Source of the DNA: Eledone cirrhosa
Taxonomy: Eukaryota
Reading direction: 5' to 3'
NCBI GenBank assembly: GCA_964016885.1
Contig: OZ024742.1
Coordinates: forward strand, 201,872,001 to 201,936,000
Length of the DNA stretch: 64,000 nt
Under the pieces are notes generated by a model. The model was not told the origin of the DNA and did no database searches. It saw only the letters and a list, made by a program, of their open reading frames with translations. The position numbers were made by a program, and so were the translations under genes. This document shows, one piece after another, positions 54,130 through 64,000 of the stretch. How positions within the stretch are numbered: the first letter of the stretch is position 1; every line of letters starts with the position of its first letter.

Positions 54130-54308
54130 AAATGGCTTCTACAGGACTAGAACTGTTTCATTCGGGAGAAATCATCAGGAATGATGGTTTCTCCCGAATG
54201 AAACAGTTCTAGTCCTGTAGAAGCCATTTCTATATTAAATGTCGATACTCTGCTATGTATTGAGTACCTTACTTACTGTGTTTACCCCCGATTGAACCCG
54301 GGATAAAC
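54130..54308. mobile_element. Foldback insert carrying the same HHR family as 27795
   Basis: 54130-54176 is inverted at 54182-54228. The tail matches 27846-27925. The intact core is on the minus arm. Confidence 0.8.
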
Positions 54309-54330
54309 ATATAATAATAATAATAATAAT

Positions 54331-54365
<35 letters not shown>

Positions 54366-54847
54366 CACACACAAATAGAGATATCATAGATTCGGGTCTG
54401 CAAAAGAACTATTGAGCATGATGATAGCCATAGGTTAGGCGTACACGTTCATACATACATAATTAAACACATAACAGAAACATTTTTGGAAGAAGACATA
54501 ATATAAAAGGATATGTTTCATTTTTTTTTAAATTATTTTTTATTTTATTGTTTTTTTTTATTTAATGAAACCTGTAAGACGTTCATATAAGTGCAATGAC
54601 CCTGTATGTACGTGTCATTCACTTACCGGGTGACATACCATGCTAGCATTATCGCAGATTCTGAAGTGGGGACCGTCACTGTACAAAGGTTGGAAGAGGC
54701 TAGAGTAAAAAAGAAATTTAAAAAAAAGAGAGGAAAGGAGCCGATCATCAGATCGGACCAAGTAAGCTGTTTGAGTTGATCTTTCCTTTACTGATACTCG
54801 CATCTCCGATAGGAGTAGTAAATATGTGGCAACAGGATAATAATAAC

Positions 54848-54938
<91 letters not shown>

Positions 54939-55756
54939 TTAACGATAAAATAGTAACATTTATTATTAGCAATGTTGTTTTCTTTTTTTTGCTCTTATTT
55001 TTCTTGTTGTTTTTGTTGTTTTTCGTTTGTTATCTATATTACTACATTTTAAGAAGCAAGCCTTGGTAAGTTTATGAAGGTTATGAAAGTTTTACAAGCA
55101 AATATATAATAACTATTTGATAGATTGAGAAAAGTTAAATTAAACAGATTTCCTAATTTTGTCATTTGTTTCGGAAAATACACACACAGACACTGAAACA
55201 GACAGACACACACATACGCACATACATTCACAAACACACATACACGCATATATATGAAAGGTATTCATCATGTAAATGACTCTACCTGTAATCGAACACT
55301 ATATATAATAGTTGAGACAATCAAGTGAAGTACGACTGACTGGTGACAGAAACAAGTGGATATTTCTTAAATAGTTCTACATATCTAACTCCAGGCTTTA
55401 AATCTTCTAAAAGTTGGAATTGGGGACTAGTAAGTCCTAGAGTATTATGTTTGATAAACTAGCCGGCATGCGAGTGATGCACGGTTCGATTCTTTGCCGG
55501 GGTCTATGTCTAATTTTTTTTTCCGTCACCGGGAGAACTGTATCCGATTTTCTCAAATATTATTTATATTGATCGACTATCATTATACTCATTTGTGTTA
55601 AAACGTTTACATCTCAATTTCCAAATTTTGCCATATGTATGTATGAATTTATATGACTATATAAGTCAACATGAATGGACCTGTTATTTTTATCAAAGAT
55701 ATTTTTTACAATTACATCCTGCCCGCTCCCTCAATCTATCTTATTTCTCATTCTTT

Positions 55757-55790
55757 CTTCTGATGAAGGACTAGCGTCCGAATCGTTAAG
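55757..55790 (+). ncRNA. Minimal hammerhead motif with one core mutation
   Basis: CUU-CUGAUGA-A-GGAC(UAGC)GUCC-GAAU-CG-UU-AAG. A related copy at ~25180-25197 (-) lacks stem II. Confidence 0.65.
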
Positions 55791-56181
55791 ACCCTCTTCC
55801 TGCTATATCAAGCGTGAACCTAATATATCCCTTCCACATACTGTACCGATTGTGTTGTTATTTCTGTTTGATTTTACGTACACACACACACATATATATA
55901 TATATATAAGCAGGAGGGATATTCAATTTGTTGGCAATTCAACAAATATAAATGTTTATAACTGATTCAGAGCACTCGACAAGTTTTCTGGAGTATAATA
56001 TTCAATGATATTAAATAAATGGAAACTATATTTATAAAACCATATTTATTCTATTATATATATTTCAAGTGTAACAAACTTTTGGTACACTATCATCAGA
56101 TAAAATACGAAGTGTGTTTTATACATTTTGACATAACCAAGGAAATTATACCTTAATGGTTCAAGTTTTCCAAGGAAAATA

Positions 56182-56249
<68 letters not shown>

Positions 56250-56733
56250 TTATTTTCTACCAAGCACTCAACGTTTGCGACAGTTGTAGTGGCGGATTAG
56301 TTCCAAGAATGAAATCCGATGCAGTGCATACCTCTGCAGGTCTGGTGGCAAATTTCATTCAGAAAAAAAAAGTGAAAATGAAAAGGGAGATATGAAGAAA
56401 TAATTATTATATTCGTGGTTTATTTATCGAGGTTATTTGAGAAGGACAAGAACTCAAAGTGCAGAGGCCGGAGGCAGGATAGTGAAACAGTTTGTAACGG
56501 GCTCTAACAACACAAACTATTCCCCTATATTGTCTTTAAATAGATATAGTGATATAAACAAACACACTCAACCACACCCATATATGCGCATACACACAGG
56601 TGTACACAAATACACCCCCCCCCCATCAAACGGGTATAATTGCCTCCTGCGTTTTGTTCGTTCATTTCAACTATATATATATATGTATATATATATATAT
56701 AGTTATGTAATAAACAACATAAGGCAATTATTC

Positions 56734-56787
56734 CATTTACCAGTGGTTTCTTAAAAGCAAAAGATTTTGCTTTCAATCCTCAGAATG
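56734..56787 (-). ncRNA. Type I hammerhead motif in foldback insert 56699-56930
   Basis: CAUU-CUGAGGA-UUGAAAGCAAAA(UC)UUUUGCUUUUAA-GAAA-CCA(C)UGG-UA/AAUG. Confidence 0.8.
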
Positions 56788-56941
56788 AAAAAATCCTCTG
56801 AGGATTGAAAGCAAAATCTTTTGCTTTTAAGAAACCACTGGTAAATGTAATAATTGCCTTATGTTGTTTATTACATAACTATTAAGCTCTCTTTTTTCCT
56901 GGACTTTTCCGACGGAATTACTTCACTCATATATATATATA

Positions 56942-56990
<49 letters not shown>

Positions 56991-57060
56991 CATATATATA
57001 TACATATACAATATATATATATTTTTATTTATATACATATAATGTATATGTGTATAAATA

Positions 57061-57148
<88 letters not shown>

Positions 57149-58237
57149 CGCATATATATACGTATATACATATATATGTATAGAACCACTTCTACCTAAC
57201 TCGTCCCATGAACTGAGTGCTCTACCACTACGGATATTACCTTCCAGATATCTAGCACTATGTATATATATAATATAAATATATATATATATATACATAT
57301 ATGCATATATATACATATATATATGTATATATATATACATATATATATATATACACACATGTATGTATATATTTATATATTTATATATATATATATATAT
57401 GCACATGTATATATATAGCCTTGTTAAATTACAAGGTCATTATCATTGACAGGGAATTGTGGGTATATAGCTGCTTTATTTATTCATAGATATGAACTCA
57501 TTCTTAATTTTCAATCCGGACAATGTGTCTGAAGTACGTAAGTTATATTTTCTATAGTAGTATTAATACTTTGTTTATATAAGAAAAACATAATAAAAGG
57601 AAATACTAATATCGATCTGTGGTCTGACTGCAGATAATTAATTGCTAATTAGTATCCCTCAACAATTGGGAATCATTCACATCAATACGAATAATGAGGA
57701 ATTAGGTACAATTATTATCAGGAATTTCAAATTAAATCATCGTTTCAATAATTTTTATTTAAGTTCGTTTTTGGTTTTGAGTTTTTTGTTTGGTTATATT
57801 TTTTCATAAATTTAATTTTTTTAAATTTCATTTATTAGTAATTTCATATTAATTTCCTAAAAAAGAGTTCATATTGAAGATAGCGATAAATAAATGAATA
57901 AATATAGAAAGATTATAAAAAAAAATAATTGTGGCGAATTATTGGTTAGAAATTTTGTTATCGGATATTTCAAGGGAATTTCACTTTGTTTTTCATATTA
58001 TTGAGATTGATGCATTTGTCGTAGTTTTTGTTCATACTTAAATAATTCTCTTTAAATATAATTGTTGTTATTTTTATTATGGGAGCGAAATATTTCAATT
58101 AAAATTCATATATATTAATTGTCTTGTTTGGAATATTAAGATAATTAGGCAAATTTATGAAAAATATTCATATATATGTACATATATATATATTGTTTAT
58201 GGATGGTGTATATGTAAATGTATATATACATATATGC

Positions 58238-58270
<33 letters not shown>

Positions 58271-58331
58271 GATATGTATGTATATATATATATATATATA
58301 CATACATATATATATATACATACATGTACAC

Positions 58332-58385
<54 letters not shown>

Positions 58386-58477
58386 TTGTATATATATATA
58401 TGTGTATATATATATGTATATGTATATATATATATGCATATACATATGTATGTGTGTGTGTGCGTATGTTTATATGC

Positions 58478-58510
<33 letters not shown>

Positions 58511-58526
58511 TATACATATATACATG

Positions 58527-58577
58527 AGTTTCAGAAGATCCCGTTAAGGCTGAAAGCAGCGATTGTTTGCTTAAACT
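58527..58577 (+). ncRNA. Hammerhead variant (CAGAAGA core)
   Basis: AGUUU-CAGAAGA-U-CC(CGUUAA)GG-CU-GAAA-GCA(GCGAUUGUU)UGC-UU/AAACU. Relatives at 16300-16360, 20964-20993 and 42745-42825. Confidence 0.6.
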
Positions 58578-58611
58578 TTAATCTGTTATTTTAATAAATA
58601 TTTATATATAT

Positions 58612-58685
<74 letters not shown>

Positions 58686-58691
58686 ATGCGC

Positions 58692-58722
<31 letters not shown>

Positions 58723-58738
58723 TGTGTGTGTGTGTGTA

Positions 58739-58837
<99 letters not shown>

Positions 58838-59355
58838 ACCAATGTACCAGAATTTATGAATTAAAGAACATTCCAGCTCATACTGTATAATACTGCGGAA
58901 TTCATGCTGAATAAAATTCTTCAAAGAATTGGTTTCAAATATTCTGATATTCTGGTGATAAAAAACCGTGTCAATCTTTAGGGAACCGGTCAAGATGATC
59001 GATCAATTTTCAAAACAATCTTGCTTATATACAATGCTTACGAAATAACGTGAATTCATATATATTATTTTTTTCTACTATTGCTGTTTATAATAAAAAA
59101 AAAAAAGAATTTTTAGCTAATTATATGTATGAATATATAAACACAGAAAACACATATGCATATACAGATATGTGCATATATGTGTGTTCATGTATATGTA
59201 TATATGTGTTATATATATATATATATAATATATATGTTATGGAATACTGTTAGCTTCTCGCTACAACAATTTCTATACCTTTCATTTATATATATAATAT
59301 ATATGTACATATATATATATATACATATGTGTGTGTGTGTGTGTGTGTGTGTGTC

Positions 59356-59384
<29 letters not shown>

Positions 59385-59389
<5 letters not shown>

Positions 59390-59990
59390 ATGAAATGACA
59401 GGAGGCTGGATTTGTGTAAATCCTTGAAAGGTTTATTATACTATGATCATTTCAATGACCGGGTTCCGTATGAATCCGGTGATATCATCAGGTATTCGAA
59501 ATATAATACGTGAATGTAATAGGTAAAATCCATGGGGCTGAAAATCGAGGACCCGAGGGCGACCGCTATCTTGCACCCTCTACCTTAGCCGGTCGCTCTC
59601 GAGTGACGTGGCTAAAGCTCACAGTGTGCTACTACGAGGGCGACCGGCTAAGGTAGAGGGTGCAAGATAGCGGTCGCCCTCGGGTCCTCGATTTTCAGCC
59701 CCATGGATTTTATCTATTACATTCACGTATTATATTTCGAATACCTGATGATATCACCGGATTCATACGGAACCCGGTCATTGAAATGATCATAGTATAA
59801 TAAACCTTTCAAGGATTTACACAAATGCAGCCTCCTGTCATTTCATTATAATATTTAACTCCGTAATAGCACCAACTACAAAAACAAAGACGGTTGAACT
59901 GCTTTACGTTGAGTACTCTCTATATTATTACATTACGATTGACCATACGGAATAGACCAGCTCTATACAGTGGTGAACCTCAAACCTGAA

Positions 59991-60040
<50 letters not shown>

Positions 60041-60172
60041 TGTTTGAGGTTCACCACTGTATAGAGCTGGTCTATTCCGTATGGTCAATCGTAATGTAGT
60101 AATATAGAGAGTACTCAACGTAAAGCAGTTCAACCGTCTTTGTTTTTGTAGTTGGTGGTGCTATTACGGAGT

Positions 60173-60178
<6 letters not shown>
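59385..60178. mobile_element. Double foldback insert with hammerheads
   Basis: 59385-59597 is inverted at 59636-59850, and 59853-59998 is inverted at 60035-60178 around (TA)n. Diverged relative at 44920-45110. Confidence 0.85.
59741..59798 (+). ncRNA. Type I hammerhead motif (mirror copy at 59438-59495 -)
   Basis: AUAC-CUGAUGA-UAUC-ACCGG..CCGGU-CAUU-GAAA-UGAUCA-UA/GUAU. Confidence 0.8.
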
Positions 60179-60211
<33 letters not shown>

Positions 60212-60237
60212 GCATACATGCACACATATATACACAC

Positions 60238-60316
<79 letters not shown>

Positions 60317-60563
60317 CATATACATATATGCACATGTGTGTGTATATATCTGATTATATATGTAGTTCTGGCGTAATTCTCCTTTTAATGCAGACACATA
60401 CATTTTTGAGAAGGTGCGTGTGTTTTTCCGATAGTGTATGTAAGTATTTAATTATTAATATAAGGTAAAGTTAATATAATTTACATCTAATATCATTCGA
60501 TTCGCAACTCTGTTTTAAAGATTAGTTGTTCCTTTCGACATTTTCAAGTTCAAAATTAAGTTG

Positions 60564-60602
<39 letters not shown>

Positions 60603-60874
60603 ATGTCTGTGTGTCAGCGTGTGTATGTGTGTGTGTCAGCGTGTGTATGTGTGTGTGTCAGCGTGTGTATGTGTGCATGTGTATATATTACAATATATAT
60701 ATATACATATAAGGTACGATATATGTGTTACATATATAATATATTAATTGCATATATATAAGAATCATATACGTATTTGTGTATGTATCATATATATATA
60801 TATATATATATATATGCATACACACATACATTTATGAAAAGAGAAGATATAAATAAAATTAAGCTTTATGCCTT

Positions 60875-61048
60875 CTAACTACTGTAGCAATTGTCCAGTG
60901 GATCAACCAACTGTAGAGGTTCACGGTTATCATAAAGTGTAGGTGCTTGCAAGATGATTCCGAATGTGCCCACTACACAGGCAGTTGTGAAAATCCATAG
61001 GAAGAGACGGTCCAAAACCATGGCGACATATTTCCAATCTTCTTGAAT
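60875..61048 (-). CDS. Terminal coding exon of a nicotinic acetylcholine receptor subunit (M4 helix and C-terminus)
   Basis: After the pyrimidine-rich acceptor ..TTTTCCCTTCGCAG it reads [57 protein letters not shown], the hallmark [15 protein letters not shown] of nAChRs. Confidence 0.95.
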   Translation of the reverse strand: MQEDWKYVAMVLDRLFLWIFTTACVVGTFGIILQAPTLYDNREPLQLVDPLDNCYSS

Positions 61049-62650
61049 CTGCGAAGGGAAAATAGAGAAGAATTTATTTGGACAGATTAGTTTTTAATAA
61101 TAAGTAATTGTTAAAGTGTCTCACCTGTTCACTGTTGTTCTGGCCTTCTCATGATTTAATTTTCATGGCTGTGTTTTCTTTTTATTCTTAAATTTCATCA
61201 CCGTCTTCTTTAATGTACACATACACATGCACGTGGCCTCTTGTTTCATCCGGCGTGGATACCCCTATCATATCTGAGTTGAAGCCGCCCTCACACGTGC
61301 TCTTGGCGTACTCTTGGATTTCACCGCATCTCAGCTCTCTCATCCCGAAACCCTAACAACTTTTCATCCCACCCTTCTTTTCTCCTCGCCTTCCACTAGT
61401 GTACCACTGCCAATGATGTCTATGCCCTCTTGATTTCTCTCTGCAGGTCTATCTACATCGGTTAAATAGGTGACAGGCTGCTGGACCGAATCTAAGACCA
61501 CGTAAGGGGTATACGTCACTTCCGTTCCACGACTTACTCAATCAACACTTTTCTATTTCCACCCCCATCCACTCGCTGCAGGACTAAATAATTCTTGATT
61601 TTCCAACTTGAAATCTTCCCGAACGCTCTTAACGTCCCATCACGGCTTTTCTTACACCCATTTAAATTTGCACATACACACATACACACACAGACACAGA
61701 CACACACACAGACATACATGCTACATACATACATGCATACACAGACACACACTTACACACACACACTCACTCAACAACACCCTCATATGTCCCTAAGACA
61801 CACATATATATACATTTGCACACACATAACAATCACATACTTCCTCACACACGTACATGTCCATACTATTGGACTCATCGGTCCCACAACACACAATATT
61901 AAACCTTCTATGCACATAAATACTCATACAGCCATAATGTTGCACCATACACCCATACATCGCCCCCCACCACCACTCCTAACCCTACATGTACCACTCC
62001 CTCCGCCTACGCTTCCGCCATATTTAGAAGCCTATTTCGGTTTGTGCGTGAATATGCGTATGCATATGCACTTATTCCCCATATACCACCTACACCCAAT
62101 AGTCTATGAGATTGCAAGGGTGTATCTGCTTTCTGCTTACTGTGTTCATGGAGGACCTATTGCCGGATCTAGGTCACACTCGGATGAAAGACCACCACCA
62201 CACCACACCACACCACACTACATTTTGGTTCTAACCCTGTCCGTGTATGCAGTGGCTTCATCATTCGGATTTTAGCGGTATGTAATTGTACTGTAGTAGT
62301 GACAAACGTTATACCATGTGGTAACTCTTACGGTCATATGTCAACGTACTTGCATGTGCCACCGCCTTTCTTATTCTCTACCACCTGAGGATTGCCACCA
62401 CATATGTATGTGTCCCTGCAGGCGTACGCACAAGTATACATGCGAGATTAATTGTGCTCACACGTGGGCGAGTGTATATACACATACACACACTCGTACG
62501 CCAGCACACCTACACAATCGGTCAACCTTTGTCACTATCTGCGTTGTTCTGCTCATGACTTCGATTACTCGCACACTCTAACGCCTCCAATAACCACGCC
62601 AATATGTCACTGCCTTACACACATGTTCAACCTTACAGATTTGTGCAAAC

Positions 62651-62712
<62 letters not shown>

Positions 62713-62777
62713 AAAATTTCGCTCTACATGACTGAATACAATAAATGTAATCTGTTTTTTTCGAATATTAATAATTG

Positions 62778-62963
62778 TTTCTACTTTACGCACAAGGCCA
62801 GCAATTACCCAGTGTATTACTGGTACTTTATTTTATCGACCCCATAAGGATGAAAGGCAAAGTTAACCTCGGCGTGATTTGAACTCAGAATGGGAAGGGC
62901 CGTAACTCCATGTGTCAAAGCATGGCGTCCGACCCTCTACCGATACTGCCAATCTTCCGCCCT
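62778..62963 (-). mobile_element. Full-length tRNA-SINE
   Basis: Reverse-complement consensus match. Confidence 0.9.
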
Positions 62964-63778
62964 TTTCGAATATTAATAATAACATTCGATTCGTTTGCAA
63001 TTATGCAAACAACCCTTAATGTTATAGCCATGTCAGTAGAATGAACACTTCATTCTTGCTCTTATGTTGGCATGCAAACAGAACAGCAGACACTAATGTT
63101 TCTGGGTATCACCCTTCATCAGTACAGCTCACTGTTCACCTGCCAAACTGTAAGAGCTAATGGAAATATGTGCTATTTTCAAAAATACACAGTGACTGAT
63201 TTGCCTTATTTGTATATTAGCAGACTGGCTGATCAGTCAGATCTGCATAGTAGCAGATCCATTGATCAGCCAGATTTGCATATCAGCAGACTGGGCAATC
63301 AGTTTCCTGTATACGAAACTATATTATGCAAACTATATATGTTTGTATAAGTGCAAACGAATCGAATGTTATTATTAATATTCGAAAAACTCAGATTACA
63401 TTTATTGTATTCAACCATGTAGAACGAAATTTTCTTTTTATTTCAATTTGGCAAAGCCGGCCATTTATCGCTCGTATACAGGAAATTGACTGGCCAGTCT
63501 GCTGATATGCAAATCTGGCTGATCAGGTACTGTGTATTTTTGAAAATAGCATATATTTTCACTAGCTCTGACAGTTTGGCAGGTGAACAGTGAGCTGTAC
63601 TGATGAAGGGTGATACCCAGAAACATTAGTGTCTGCTGTTCTGTTTGCATGCCAACATAAGGGCAAGAAGGAAGTGTTCATTCTACTGACATGGCTATAA
63701 AATTGAGGCTTCTTTGCATAAATGCAAACGCATCGAATGTTATTATTAATATTCGAAAAACTCAGATTACATTTATTA
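62964..63778. mobile_element. Foldback insert with ~300-bp arms and an internal repeated terminus
   Basis: 62964-63315 is inverted at 63473-63760. 63352-63406 is directly repeated at 63723-63777. Confidence 0.85.
63597..63636 (+). ncRNA. Type I hammerhead motif with a GUC cleavage site (mirror copy at 63086-63125 -)
   Basis: GUA-CUGAUGA-A-GGGU(GAU)ACCC-A-GAAA-CA(UUAG)UG-UC/UGC. Confidence 0.8.
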
Positions 63779-63795
63779 TAAATATATATATATAG

Positions 63796-63872
63796 GAAAA
63801 TGTTTAACTCCGACGGCAGAGCTCAAGCCGCATCGACGGCTTGAGCTCTGCCGTCTGGGTTAAACATTTTTC
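63796..63872. repeat. GC-rich hairpin at the start of a short insert between (TA)n tracts
   Basis: GAAAATGTTTAAC..GACGGCAGAGCTCAAGCCG(CATCGA)CGGCTTGAGCTCTGCCGTC..GTTAAACATTTT. Confidence 0.85.
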
Positions 63873-63951
63873 TCTTACCCAGTCTACAATCCTAATTATT
63901 TAGTACTCTGGTACGTTATGGTCCATCTGGTTCCTTACCACACTGCCTTCG

Positions 63952-64000
<49 letters not shown>

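Noticed and set aside
61124-61250. Possible penultimate nAChR exon ending at CAG|GTGAG
   Set aside because: The required phase-0 frame has a stop and lacks the expected MA-helix sequence.

Overview
This is eukaryotic, AT-rich, microsatellite-saturated DNA. An octopus/cephalopod origin is inferred from the repeat landscape but not proven. Almost all of it is transposon-derived. The only clear host-gene piece is the terminal coding exon (M4 helix) of a nicotinic acetylcholine receptor subunit on the minus strand at 60875-61048, which is too short for the ORF track. From 1 to about 9.8 kb lies a near-perfect 4988-bp tandem duplication of R4/Dong-like RLE retrotransposons sitting in (TACA)n; it looks like unequal crossover between two LINE copies. 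Three Penelope-like elements (PLEs) follow: two with RT plus GIY-YIG and one GIY-YIG-only remnant forming a ~3.7-kb palindrome. There are also CRE, RTE, Tx1 and mariner fragments, ~20 tRNA-SINE copies and a 5S pseudogene. The most striking pattern is about ten sequence-unrelated families of type I hammerhead ribozyme (HHR) motifs, several with non-canonical cores, read by eye. They sit in PLE pseudo-LTRs and in small non-coding foldback insertions embedded in (TA)n. Coordinates were read by hand, and repeat boundaries are approximate.
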